Positions 38,648 to 52,630 of a stretch of 64,000 bases of DNA are shown here, one piece after another. Source of the DNA: Neoconidiobolus thromboides FSU 785 (taxonomy: Eukaryota > Fungi > Entomophthoromycota); the NCBI GenBank assembly GCA_025603075.1, contig MU626298.1:62001-126000 (forward strand). Reading direction: 5' to 3'. The translations under genes were made by a program, and so were the position numbers. Under the pieces are notes generated by a model. It did no database searches. It was not told the DNA's origin and was given only the letters and a program-made list of their open reading frames with translations. The stretch's first letter is position 1, and the number at the start of each line of letters is the position of its first letter.

Positions 38648-39932
38648 AAACGCTAAAAAATAAAATTCACTGACATAATTTAAGCTTTAAGATATTAAGT
38701 AAATAATAAATTTGTTTAAATGGTTTTTAGGAAGGTTTAAAGTTGTATTTGTAAGGTTTTATAGTTAGTGTTTAAAGGGCGATAAACTAGTAATACTATG
38801 TGTATCAGGATTATAGTATAAGCGTATTAGTGGATATATATTAATAATAAATAGGTTTTATATAAAGTAAATCAAATAATTGAAAAGAGGTTTTTCAATA
38901 AAAAAAAAAAACCATAGCCTTATTTGTACTATAAATAGAATCTATTTGAATCAACATATCAGAGTATTTATTAAAAGATAAAGCCATGTCCGCTTTTTAA
39001 ACATATAAATTGAATAGTATATTAGTTATTCTAAGTAAAAACATGTTTATAGAAACCAAAGTAAAATGGAACAGTAGCTGAACTAATTTTTCTCTTTGTT
39101 CCGAAATAAATATCTAATTTCCAGAAAATGTATAGGTTTATAAATTAGAAATAAAAGTACGCTTTGAAATATAATTAATCTTCCGTGATTTTTTTTAATG
39201 CTATAAAAAATTGTCATACAGCTGCATATTATCCCATGGACCTTAAGTTCTACAAAGTCATATTCACTTTTTGAAATTGAATTATTTAACAAATCTTTAT
39301 GTCTCAATTTGAATCATCAAATTAGCAAAGTAAAACGTTCAACCTTCTCTTATAGCTAATATTGTTAAGCTTATATGGTGATGTTTTTTACAATAATAAA
39401 TTACTTCAAAGCTTAAAGGGGTACATATGACTTTTCATTTAAAAATTTAACTAGGATTTATAAAAAAACTAAATAGCTTAAAAAAGAGATAAAATTTAAT
39501 AAACATCTTTAGTTTAGTTAATTTAAATAATCCTTTTTGGGACAACTCAAAAATATGCAATTAAATGTCTATTTTGGAACAGAAGTACCATTAGATATGT
39601 GATAATTATAAAATAAAATCTTATTTTTGGTGGCCTCTAAATTTATTAAAAGCTATATTTCCCTAAATAAATAAATACGAAAAATGCCTCATTAATTTAT
39701 TTAATAAAATGAAATTAGTTACTAAAAATGAAAAATTAAGATTAATTCAAGAAATTTTAAATATAAATTAGATAAAATATTCTAGTGATTGAAACTACTT
39801 TAGATATGAAATAGCTTTTATAAAATAAAACTATCATTTTATATAATAACCTTGTTCTTAGTTTTAATAAATTTATAAAAATGTTATTCTATAAACAGAA
39901 TAAAGAAATAAAAATATAATTTTTTTATTAAA

Positions 39933-40649
39933 TTAATTAAAATAAAAAATGGCTACTAAAAATAAACTAAAGCTGAAACTAGTCCAGTTTTTAAACACAT
40001 GCCTATGGTCTGAAGTAACAGTAGCTGTAATAGCGGTGTAAGTAGAAACACTAGGGGAATTATCTCCGCCGCTCTTAGTATTATCCCCCATCAGATCTTT
40101 AACTAAGACTTTCTTAATGGTTCCACAGATCAACCTTCTTTTATCAGCAGGATAATGAATAACTATGGACTTATTAATCACGGATAATTTCCCTTTAATT
40201 TTAATCTGATCATCAATAATAGTAAAACGAGAGTTATTACGGCCTTTTAGTTTACCATGTTTACCAGAAAGATCCCCGTGCTGACATGCTTCTACTTTGG
40301 CTGAAGTACATTTATAGTTTTCATTTTTATCATTTGGGTTTTTATTCGTTGGATCCCAATGACCACCTGCACTGTCACAATCATCATTTTTGATTGGTAG
40401 TTGATGTATATGATAAGGGTATTCTTGGCTTTTATCGGAGTCAATGAAATGATTTACAATGAAATCTAATTTGACACTGCCGTTTTTAAATTCGCTCATC
40501 AATATAGAAGCACTTATTGGGTTTTTATAAAATTCCACGTACCCTAAATAGTCTTCATTTTCTTGGTTTTCAACGGATTGAGGTAATATATATTGGATGT
40601 ATAGAAAAAGTAGTAAAGCAAGTCTTATTGGGTTCATTTGTTTTAACAT
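39933..40649 (-). CDS. Secreted, probably GPI-anchored Cu-only superoxide dismutase (SOD5-like)
   Basis: Signal peptide; Cu-ligand motifs YHIH, GGHWDP and SIVIH; CQHGDLSGKHG; a short loop before RLICGTI; S/T-rich linker and hydrophobic C-terminal tail. Confidence 0.88.
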   Translation of the reverse strand: MLKQMNPIRLALLLFLYIQYILPQSVENQENEDYLGYVEFYKNPISASILMSEFKNGSVKLDFIVNHFIDSDKSQEYPYHIHQLPIKNDDCDSAGGHWDPTNKNPNDKNENYKCTSAKVEACQHGDLSGKHGKLKGRNNSRFTIIDDQIKIKGKLSVINKSIVIHYPADKRRLICGTIKKVLVKDLMGDNTKSGGDNSPSVSTYTAITATVTSDHRHVFKNWTSFSFSLFLVAIFYFN

Positions 40650-41003
40650 TAATTAAAAAATAAATATGCTTATTTCTACTAAATTTAAATTTCTACTATT
40701 TTATATCTTTTTGTATTCTTTATTAAATGACATTGAACCGCATAATAATTATTAGTTAGTATGATTATGAAATCAACACAATTTGAATTTACTAGAGCTT
40801 AAAAAAATTTCAAGAAAATTCTCTTCTATTTAAATCTAAGATTAATTCAAGGCACATGTTTATTTCATATGATAAAATAATTTAAATATATTATTATTTG
40901 AATAGAGTTTATCAACTTTTGATATTAGAGCTAATACGACTAATGAAATAAGGAAATCATTCGCTACAAGCACTTGGCCATTTAAAGTATAACTGATTTG
41001 TTG

Positions 41004-42981
41004 TCAAGGTATCAAATTATCATTAGCCTCCTGTTGGAAATAATTACTTTTTACAGTATTAAAACTTTTACTTTTTATATCATAATTTAACATAACATCG
41101 TCCATAAAATCAAAGTTTAGCTTACTAATCATCTTTTTTTCGTTGTTCTTTAACTCTTTCTGTTCACTCACTTCCATGTTTTTACTCATTTGGTTTAATA
41201 AATGACAATATAAATAATGATATTCTTCTAAATAAATAAACTCCTTTTTTTCTAATATCTCTCTTGTTAATACATTATCCTGATCTGCAATCAAATTAGC
41301 TATTAATTTTTGATATATCTTACTCATTGCTACTAAATTGCATATTAGCTCGTCTTTATTATTATCATTTAATATGCTGTGATTGTTTTTTATTATTTCT
41401 GACTCAAAGTCTTTAACTAATTGTTCCCTAGTTTGGCTAAACTTGTTCTGTTGTAATTTAATTTTATAATTAGCATGAAGATTTTCTATCCTTTTATACA
41501 ATACAAAGGAGCCTAGTTCAGTGCCTATAGATATCAAATAGGTTGCTGCTACTAATCCTAGGAGTGCATACACAATAAACACAACTTTGCCATGCAAAGT
41601 CTTGGGAGTTATATTACCATACCCGATCGTTGTAAACGAGACAAAGCAAAAATTAAAAGATTCAAAATAGGTCCAATTTTCCGAGTACATAAAAATTACT
41701 CCACCTAAAAACCTAGATAAAAAAGTTAATATTGTACTACTATATATTGCTAAATTTATTATTATTTACCAAAATAATAATAAATAAATAATTGCAAAGA
41801 TAAATTGCCGTTTTATAATAATCAGTTTTTCCTTATTTACTAGTTTACGCTTTTTTCTTCGAATAAAACTAGCATTTTTATAATCCAATTTAGAGTTCAA
41901 TAAAGTAATGATTTGACATTGATTGCTATTATATTTAACATTATTGATTTGATCACTATCATTTATATTTTCACTTTCGTTATTGTCTCTTTCTTTAATG
42001 TCCTTAATCTTGTTTTTTTTCCTGTTATCTTCGATCTCTTTCAATTTCAATAAAAACTTTGTTTCTATTTTTTCAAGTAATGCAATTCTTATTGCATTAA
42101 TAAACAAACCCATAAATACGATACCAATAAGTGCATAAAAAAATAAGAATATTTGCGAACTTTGATTATTGGGAAATACGTCTCCAAATCCAATAGTTGT
42201 GTTTGTTACTATATAATAATATTAGTACATATATCAATTCATTATTGTTGCATGGGTTACCCAAAATAAAATAAAGTCCGTCAACAAAGCCCCAATCTTC
42301 AAGGATACAAAATATTATAGTGCCGATTTTACCCCAAACTGTGTTTAAAATTAAGTAAATTATAAACATTCTTTGTTTGTTTACTATTCCACTATTCTTA
42401 TTTATTAAATGATTGTTCTTGAAATAATCAATCATCAAAAATAATATTGATGTTGCTGATACTAATATACCAACTAAATTAAGTACAAGATTATAATAAT
42501 GTTTTTGCCATCTCTCATAATATATTATTATTGAAATTATTATGCATATTACTATAAATTTTAGTTAATATATTATCATATGGTGCTCTGTATTAAACTT
42601 ACCATGTAAAGATAAGAATACTACTGTTAGTAAGGTATTGCTTCGAATCTTTCTTTCCCAAAACCTAAATAGTAGCGTAATAGTACCAATTATTTGAAAT
42701 ATGATAGCTAATGATAAGCAAGCGATATTGGCTAATAGAAAAATGAATAAAGTTTACTACATTTATTGGAATAACCTACCATTATAGATCTGATATTGCT
42801 CCTCACTCAGACTTTCTAAACTGATCCAGTTACCTTCCAATGGCGGTATTGTCAATATAAGAGAAAGTGGTGTAACTATACCAACGAGCGTAGGTAAAAT
42901 TCTTAGTTCTGGGTGCTTTACCTTATAGTTGTCTTTATCATTATCATTATCATTATTATTTTTGAAATTGTAAAATAGCAT
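41004..42981 (-). CDS. TOK-like two-pore-domain K+ channel, copy A (5 exons)
   Basis: Four N-terminal TM segments, then P1 TNTTIGFGD and P2 FTTIGYGN. The introns splice in frame. Confidence 0.88.
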
Positions 42982-43563
42982 TTAAATAATCAAAAAGAAA
43001 ACCTTTCATTCTTTATAATGATTTTTATTACCAATCTTCTTATATATACTTAAAACATTGTTTCGGTTAATAAAAAATAGGCAATTTATGATCTAAACTA
43101 AATAGGCAATTTTAGTGATAAAATTAATTTTTGTATGTTACAAATAACAAGCTGACTTTAAAATGTCAGTATTCTAACCTCTTCTATATCTACTTCTAAA
43201 TTTCTATATAGTATATCTGTTAATGTGAGATATATAAAAATCCGTGTATTAGTTTTGCCAAGGATGGTTAAAGCGCTTAAACTTTAAACCATATGGGAAT
43301 GCCTTATCTGGTTTCATCTGTTTACTTTTTGTGCTACATGAATTTGAAAAATAATTATTAGTAAATACTGAAACGAGGAAGATGTTCCAATCAAAAACGA
43401 TATGATTTTTGAAGTCCAGAGTTTATATTCTGGGTGATTTTTTATTTTGGTTAGTTTTAAATTAGTGAGTACTTCAATTTAACCAAATTTATAGTATTTT
43501 CAGCTTTTCATGGTTATAGCAAGGAGAATTTTGAACAAGCTTAATTTTTTTAAATAACAATCT

Positions 43564-43645
43564 AAAACAAAAATAAAAACAAAAATAAAAACAAAAATAA
43601 AAACAAAAATAAAAACAAAAATAAAAATAAAAATAAAAACAAAAA
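43564..43645. repeat. 12-bp AT-rich tandem repeat (AAAAATAAAAAC)n
   Basis: About six units, read directly, between TOK copies A and B. Confidence 0.8.
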
Positions 43646-44024
43646 GTTTTAACAATATATTATTATTAAGCTGTGAAAATTCACACTATGAAAATTCATT
43701 CATATCTTTTAAATTTTAACTGGGTTATTGAAAATTTTTACTTTTAAGATAAATGTGATGGATCAAAAACTATATTGTAATAAAACATAGGTTGAAAAAA
43801 CTGGTAAAATTGAAAAAAGTAAAATTTTGTGTTTTTTAAACTACCCATTAAGAATATTTAGTAATCTTTGTTTAATTTTTTATTTATATGGGTAATATTT
43901 AACTTTTTAATAGTATTGAAAACTAATTTTCAATTATCAATGAATAATAGAAGAACAATAAAGAAAAGAATCAACGAAATGATATAGTTGACAGATTTGG
44001 GATTTGAACTAGCTTTTAAGTTTT

Positions 44025-46009
44025 TCAAGCTAAAGAGGAATTGATAGCTTGTTGAAAGTAATAACTCCTTTCAGAATAACAACTCATTCTTTCTGTATTA
44101 TAATTTAACAAAACATCATCCATAAAATCAAAATTTAACTTATTAACCATCTTCTCTTCACTATTTTTTAACTCTTTCCGTTCTTTTAGTTCCATTTTGT
44201 TACTCGTTTGACTTAATAAATGGCAATATAAATAATGATACTCTTCTAAATAAGCAAATTCTTTTTTATCTATTATTTCTTTTGTCAGCACGCTATCATG
44301 ATCTACAATTAAATTAGCTACTAACTTTTGATATATCTTACTCATCACTACTAAGTTTAATATCAATTCATCTTTATTATCATGATTCAATATGTTATCA
44401 TTATTTTTTAATATTTCTCTTTCAAACTCTTTAACTAACTGCTCTCTTGTTTGACCAAATTTATTCTGTTGCAATTTAATTTTATAATTAGTATGAAGAT
44501 TTTCTATCCTTTTATACAATACAAAGGAGCCTAGTTCAGTGCCTATAGATATCAAATAGGTTGCTGCTACTAACCCTAGTATTACATACGCAATAAATAT
44601 GACTTTTCCGTACGGTGTTTTGGGAGTTATATTACCATACCCGATCGTTGTAAACGAGACAAAGCAAAAATTAAAAGATTCAAAATAGGTCCAATTTTCC
44701 GAGTACATAAAAATTACTCCACCTAAAAACCTAGATAAAAAAGTTAATATTGTACTACTATATATTGCTAAATTTATTATTATTTACCAAAATAATAATA
44801 AATAAATAATTGCAAAGATAAATTGCCGTTTTATAATAATCAGTTTTTCCTTACTTACTAATCTATGCTGCTTTTTTCTGATATAAGTGGCATTTTTGTA
44901 GTCCCAATTTGAACTCAATAGAGCAATAATAGGATTTTGATCATTACCATCTAGGATATTACTATTTTGATCGTTATGGTCTACACCTCCATTTTCAACA
45001 CTTTTTCTTCCATTATTTTTTGTCTTATTTTTTTTCCTATTATCTTCTATCTCCTTTAATTTCAATAAAAACTTTATTTCTATTTTTTCAAGTATAACTA
45101 CTCTTATCGAGTTAATAAATAAACCCATAAATATAATGCCAATGATTGCATAAAAAAACAAAAATACTTGGGAATTAAGATTACTAGGGAACATGTCCCC
45201 AAATCCAATAGTCGTATTCGTTGCTACATAAGATAATATTAATACAAACGTTGTTTTGATTGTTATATAGCTCACCTAAAATAAAATAAAGTCCATCTAC
45301 AAAATTCCAATTTTCAATGGTACAGAATATGATGGTACCAATTTTACCCCAAATTGTATTTAGAATTAAATAAATGATTAACATTCTTTGATTATTTACT
45401 ATTCCACTGTTTTTATTCAACAAATAGTTGTTTTTAAAAAAATCAATTATTAGAAAAATTATTGATATAGCTGAAACTGATAGACCAATTAAATTGAATA
45501 CAAATCGGTCATTATATTTCCGCCAACTTTCATAGTATATCATTACTGATACTGAGATAAATGAAACTATATAAGACTGATTAACATTGTATTAAGTGGT
45601 ATAATATCTTAAGCTTACCATGTAAAAATAAGAATACTACTGTTAGTAAAGTATTGATCCTAACTTTCTTCTCCCAAAATCTAAGTAACAATGTAATCGT
45701 GCCAATTATTTGGAATATGATAGCTAAAGATAAACAAGCGATATTAACTAATATATAAATTAAAATAAGGCTATTGTATTATTCTTGTTATTTTAATTTA
45801 CTTTTGTAGTTGTAGTATTGGTCTGCATTCAAACTTTCCTTAACTAACCAGTTGCCCTCTAATGGGGGTATTGTGAGTATAAGAGAAAGTGGTGTAATTA
45901 TACCAACGACCATAGGCAAATACCTTAGCTCTGGATGTTTTATTTTATAGATATCCTTATCTTCATCTTTATGATTGTTACTTTCTTTTTTAAATTTACT
46001 AAATATCAT
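44025..46009 (-). CDS. TOK-like two-pore-domain K+ channel, copy B
   Basis: Same exon structure as copy A; KHPELRYLP, TNTTIGFGDM and FTTIGYGNITP. Confidence 0.88.
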
Positions 46010-46997
46010 TTTACTAATTAAATACTACTTTCTTGTTTTTGAGCATCTTTTATAATACTTATTACTATTCACGTTCTTATTTATATGCACCCCATCATTT
46101 TTTGGGCTAATAAAATAGTTGATTGTGGTCTAAACTTTAGATGTAAATTTAGTAAAAAAAACTACTTTGAGCACATTAAATAAACAATAGTTGACGATAA
46201 ATAGAACATTAAATTCGTTTTACCTTTGAACTAGTTAACTACGGCTTATGTACTTAAATATTTTTTAGCCGATTTTTTTAAAGCCTAGCTCTCATGCTTT
46301 AGTAGAATTTTAACATTGATTTTATCCTCAAATAAACGGTTAAAAATTTTGTAAAGGAATTGAAATACCTTTAGCTGCTCATTTAAAGGTAAAAGTGGAC
46401 TAAATTTTAGCTAAAGCCTAATGAGTTGCTTTGAAAAATTGGTGATACTATCTGTCAGTTTAAACGTCATCAGGCTTTACAATTTGCCACCTTGTTATTT
46501 TAGAATTTTAATAAGTTGATAGTATCTCTTATAATTAAAATCCTGAGTGAAAACAATAATATTTTAAAGATTTTAGTTGGATTTATACTGAATCAATAAT
46601 ACTAATAAAAAATAAAAGTTGTTCAAACCTAAATTTTAAGCAAGTATTTTAATTAAAACCACAACTTTACTATGATAAAGCTTTTAAGGTTTAAATCTTT
46701 TTAAAAATCTCTAAACTGGAGCATTTGTTTATTTAAGTTTTTAAATTAATATCACTAATAAGTCTACAAAAGTTAATATTGTTTTATGTAGATAAAACAT
46801 AAAAAGGTATAAATAAAATCCACTTTTAATTTAATAGCCTTTTTGTCTTGACAAAATTGTTAGCCAAGTAATCTGAATTGTATCTAATACAAATAACAAA
46901 ATGAAAATCTTTTAAAAATAAACTGACTTTATTTTTAAAATTATTATCATTATTTAATTTTTACAAATATATAAATATGAAGCAAACGTAAAGATAT

Positions 46998-48413
46998 TCA
47001 AAGCCCTCTAAGGAAGTGATCCAACGTAATGCCTGAATCAGATTCATGGAAAATCTCAGATTCATCATTTTTTACCATGTCTGTGTCTTCTTCAGATTGG
47101 GTACTAGATTCATCTTCCCACCTGTCATCTGCCAGAGGGGTGAATGAAGTGATGGTATTAGGTGTTATAGGAATAGCCGTGGATTGAAAACTATTGTCAG
47201 ATGTCGATGGATACTTTATTTCTCCCAAACTAATATCGACTTCTGGAATACTACATGCCAATGATCTAGCTACTTGATTTTCTTGATTAACGTCACTCAT
47301 ATGGTCGTCCTTTTCTGGAACAGGAGGGGGAAGCGGATCATCTGCAACATTTAAATAAACCGAGGACTTATGCATTTTTAACTCAATCGGCGGATTTTCT
47401 TCTTTCAGTGTCGTGCTTGAATGTGTTGAATGCATATTTCTTATTGATTTTATAGCAGCAAACAAGGAAGGATCTAGTAAAAATGCAAAAAGATTTAATA
47501 GTCCTGGAGAATCTAATTTGATAATTGTCAATACAGAATGTAGTATATATTATTTTTATAGTTACCAGTTCCAACAAAAGACCACCATACTAGAACTTCG
47601 TGTGGGCTGGTAGGGTTGTGATAACTGTAAATTTGAGAAGCAACATATCCAATCTGGGTTAAGACGGGGATAAGGCAATATAATGATCTATATATTTTGT
47701 TAGTATGCTGTAAATTAAAAATTAATTTAATATTACATTCTTCTTATTAACCTTTTTAAGCTTTTTTGCACTTTTTCATTGATATTAACTCTTTTTCCTT
47801 TTTCATCAGTGTAGTATTCTGGTTCACATATACGGTTTATGATTGTAACTTTGCGATTTAAATTAAAAATCACTATAATAACAATCAATGTACAATAAAA
47901 GCATCCAGCTAATACCCAACTATGATATGTAGCCCATATAAATATTTGTGTGTTGGGGGAAAGGGAATCTTTATAAGTACAGTATAGGGTATCTTCATCA
48001 AAGCCTAATTGATCCATAGCTAATGGTACCGCCATTATACCAAATGCACTGACTATAGAAACACACCAATACCACTTTTCCCATTTACTATTGAACCTCA
48101 AACCATTGACGAATGTAAGCTGTAAATTTAATGCTATACATATTGTCAAGAACATATATAATAATGTAAACACAGGTATTAAATAAGCCAATAGCACACA
48201 TTCAACTCCAGGGGTGTCAACAAATATATATATTAATATTGATACTGCTTTTAGGAAATCAACAATTGAAATAGCTAAAGTAAATCTCAAAGAGACACGA
48301 TCCATTAAACGACGATCGATTACATATACGAATACCATCATTGTAATTACTATTATACTAGCAACTGCAGATATCACATTTAGGGCAATGCTCAATCCCC
48401 CACCAAAATCCAT
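46998..48413 (-). CDS. 7-TM G-protein-coupled receptor-like protein (cAMP-receptor/Git3-like), 3 exons
   Basis: TM1-5 are in 47733..48413 (DRVSLRFTLAISIVDFL, FGIMAVPLAMDQLGFD). The spliced TM6 is RRISLYCLIPVLTQIG, after an intron with a CTAAC branch point. TM7 is SPGLLNLFAFLLDP, followed by an acidic tail. Confidence 0.8.
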
Positions 48414-49281
48414 TTCTGTACTTTGTTATATTTTAAACTAAAAATAAAATTCATCTCATGCTCATATGTATATTTATATATATTATTCAAAACAAATCTA
48501 AAAAGGTCTAAAGAATGAAGCTAAATCATATTAAAAAGTACTAGAACTATTAGCTCATTGCATATATTTTACTTTATTGTTTAATGGGTAGCAATTGTTG
48601 AATAACTTGGAACCTCTTTTTAATTTAAGATTTGGAGCTAAATTAACTTAAATTATAGGTACTTTGATATAAATATAATATTAATAGATTTTATTCTAAT
48701 AAACTTAGGTTTAATAAAAGTATTTATAACTACTTATAGGAACTGTGATATTTATGTTACTATTTATCAATCATGGTATATAATTTTTTCATAAATCAAC
48801 TACCCTGAAGTAAAACCCCAATTAGATAGTTATAAAGGTTTGAAAGAGTAAATCTAAACAGTTCTAGACAAATTTTCAAATTTTTCAATAAAAAATAAAC
48901 TTATTTGAACAAAAAACTAAGTAAATATTAACAGTTTTTACTATTTTAATTGTTTTTTGTAACTTTTGCTGATTCATTTAATCTACTTTAATGTTTTTCA
49001 TTCTAATAATGAAGTGTTTTTTAGAGGTGTTAAAAGATTGATGTTTAATTTCTATTTCTAAGTGTTCAGCTATGTTATCACTTCAGAAGACAGCTACTTT
49101 CTAAGAAAAGTGTAGATAGTTTTTTTGAGACTTATCCCTATTCAGGGATAAATTATAGTGTAAAAAAACATATAAACTATATTATTAACATTATTCATAA
49201 GAGCTCAATAGTTTGATTTCAAATAGAAATACCAGTATGAAGGAAACCTTGCCAAGGATGCTTCTAGCTTTTTTATCTTAT

Positions 49282-49388
49282 ATTTGGGGGTATTTTTTTT
49301 GATTTCATCACTTTTTTCATCTTTTAAGCTCTATTTGAGCGGGAAAATTGTTAGTAAAATTCTTAAACCCAAAAATACATCCTCATTT
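49282..49388 (-). mobile_element. MITE family copy 10 (ATTT target duplication)
   Basis: ATTT-GGGGGTAT...ATACATCCTC-ATTT. Confidence 0.88.
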
Positions 49389-49639
49389 GTTAAATCATTT
49401 TAGATTATAAAATAATCCACCTTAATTTATCATTGACAAACTTGGCACATTGACTTAAACTAACCTAAAAGTAATTTTTTATAATCAAGTATTTTTTGAA
49501 AATGATTTGATACTTATAATTGCCTAAAAATCTGAATAAGACATCGATAGAATATAAATATAGTGATCAAATTAATTTAAATAGATATCAAACCAAAATC
49601 AAAACTAAAGACACACTCTTTTTATTAATTAAACATTCA

Positions 49640-51653
49640 TTAAGGTACTAAATCATTATCCGCCTGATCCATATAACCACTCTCTGGATTATTATCATTG
49701 GAATGTAAAGTATCGTCCATGAAATCAAAATCTAACTTACTAATAATTTTATTTTCACTTTTTTTCAACCTTCTCTTTTTATTCAATTCCATTTTTTTAC
49801 TCGTTTGATTCAATAAATGGCAATATAAATAATGATATTCTTCTAAATACACAAACTCTTTCTTATCCGTTATTTCTTTTGTTAACACACTATCATGATC
49901 TGCTATCAAATTGGCTACTAGTTTTTGATATATTTTACTCATTGCTACTAAATTACATATCAACTCATCCTTATTATCACCATTTGTTGTACTATCATAA
50001 TCAGTCACAATTTCTCTTTCAAACTCTTTTATTAATTGTTTTCTTTTGTGATTAAACCTATTATGATGTAATTCCATTTTATAATCAGCATGGACATTTT
50101 CTATTTTCCTATGCATGGTAAAGGCTCCCAATTGAGTACCAACGGATATCAAATAGGTTGCTGCTACTAAACCCAATATAGCATAGCCAATAAATATGAT
50201 TTTACCGTGGAATGTCGTAGGTGTAATATTCCCATACCCAATTGTTGTAAATGAAATAAAACAAAAGTTAATGGCATCAAAGTAAGACCAATCTTCTGAA
50301 TACATAAAAATAACCCCACCCAAAAACCTATAGACTCAAATCAATTAGTTTTAACTTTAGGTTTAGTTTATAACATTATAGTCTTTACCAAAACAACAAT
50401 AAATAAATAACAGCAAAAAAAAACTGGCGCCTTATAATAGCTGACTTTTCTTTATGAGCTAACTCACGTTGTTTTTTTCGAATAGAACTAGCATTCTTAT
50501 AGTCAAAATTGAAATTTAATAGATTGACGACACCACTTTCTGTTTGATTTTTGATCCTTGTATTTATGTTATCATTTTGGCTACTACCTATTGCATTATC
50601 GCTGCTATTTTGATTATTTTTCATCGCATTTTCACTTTCATCACTTTCATTTTCATCGCTTTCATTTTCACTTTCATTGATACGTTCTTTGGTGCTCTTT
50701 TCAACCTCTTTCAGTTTTTTTAAAAATTTGTTTTCTATCTCTCCAAGTAGTACTATTCTTATTGAGTTAATAAAAAGACCCATAAATATAATTCCAATAA
50801 ATGCATAAAAAAACAAGAATAGTTGTGAACTTCGGTTGTTAGGTGTAATATCTCCGAACCCTATAGTTGCATTCGTTACTATACAAAATAGAAAACAATA
50901 AGTAAAGATTTGGATTGAGGTCATTCCGTAACTTACACAATACGAAATAAAGCCCATCCACAAACTCCCAGTCTTCAAGGATACAAAATATGATGGTACC
51001 GATTTTACCCCAGACAGTGTTTAATATAAAATAAATTATTAACATTCTTTGTTTATTTACTATTCCACTATTCTTGTTTATTAAATAATTGCTTTTAAAA
51101 TAATCTATTATTAAAAGTAATATCGATATTGCTGATATAGATATGCCAATTAAATTAAGTATTAATTTATAATAATACATTTGCCATCTTTCATAATATA
51201 TTACTATCGAAGCTATTATGAATAAGACTAAATAAAGTTGATTAGTGGTATTTATTGTATGATATACATTATATTTACCATGTAAAGTTAAGAATATTAT
51301 TGTTAATAATGTATTGATTCGAATCTTTTTCTCCCAAAATCGAAATAACAGTGCAATTGTGCCTATTACTTGAAATATAAAAGCTAATGATAAGCAAGCG
51401 ACATCAGCTAATAAAATAAATAAACCAATTGATACTAGTGTTATTATCATGATTTACCTTTAAAATCGTGATAATAATCAACGCTTAAGTTTTCCGTATT
51501 TACCCAATTACCTCTTAATGGTGGTATTGTAAGTATGAGTGAAAGTGGGGTTATTATGCCTACTAAAGTTGGTAGATACCTCACTTCTGGATGCTTTATT
51601 TCTTGATTTTCTTTGTTATCATGGGCCTTTTTATTTTTGAATTTATTTAACAT
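49640..51653 (-). CDS. TOK-like two-pore-domain K+ channel, copy C
   Basis: Same exon structure; KHPEVRYLP, TNATIGFGDI and FTTIGYGNITP. Confidence 0.88.
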
Positions 51654-52630
51654 TTGTTTTAAATTTTATTTTGTTTTTTACTACTATTCTCCTATTTAAA
51701 TACCCCATACATTTACCACCTTTTAATATAAAAAGTGGTCATTATGATATAACTTTAGTTTTATTGAAGTTGAAGTTTAAGATTTGTTTTTACAAGCTAA
51801 AAATTAATTAATTGATCATTGTAGTGTAATCAGAGTTTATTTTCAAATGTTTTATCCTAATTTACTATATTTGTTCATAATATGAACTTAACGCATACTG
51901 TTTTTTACAAAGTTAATAAAGCACTTAAGTCGAAAATAAACTGTGATATACTATTTTAACACCTTTTTAGGTTATTTTGATTGATAGTAACTTTAAAATA
52001 GTTGAGTATTTTTTTAGAACAATGATTTTTTTGTAAAGTTTCTGTTACTAGTTTGTCCTAGCTTAATTTTAAAATCAAATATCTTTAACATAATATCATC
52101 GTATCAATAATATAATAAAAAATTGATATACATAAAAGCTTAAGGTATATTGTAAAAAAGTAAATATAGAATTTTATTTTTCTAATTCTTGCATTGGCAA
52201 ATACTTATTTAATGGGCAAATTAATAAATTAAAATTTGATTTGTCAATATAACATTATTTTATTGATTAAACTACCAAATAGCAATAAAACTATTTTTGT
52301 GCCTTTAGTACAAAGTAGTGCATACTTTTTAAACTATAAATAAGGTTGAAGAATTAATAATATAATATAATATTAGTAATGGAAAATGGTTTAAAATAGT
52401 TAAATGATAATATTTTGCATAAAAATATCCAGTCACCTTCTGTTGAATATTGAATCAGAATTTACCGCAGTTTCAAACTCCTTAAATAGGTAATTTATGA
52501 TAAACCTTAATTGAATTATGATCATGTCATGCTTTAAGCTTTTAAAAGAGTATATAAAGGAAACAGTATCGATTTTTAATTTTACTTTTATTTTTGTGTA
52601 AAATATTTAAATTTAAATCTTACAATTAAA

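Noticed and set aside
18570-46870. Recurring GGCCTTTT / AACGGC motifs (near 18580, 29970, 30195, 30435, 36930, 46835) as another repeat family
   Set aside because: I could not extend the similarity beyond ~10 bp or define termini by eye. This needs a de novo repeat search.
51428-51457. Apparent 23-nt mini-intron in TOK copy C (and similar short GT..AG spans in copies A and B)
   Set aside because: The short splice keeps frame only in copy C. A downstream TTAG acceptor gives in-frame 48-, 54- and 50-nt introns in all three copies, so the introns are ordinary.
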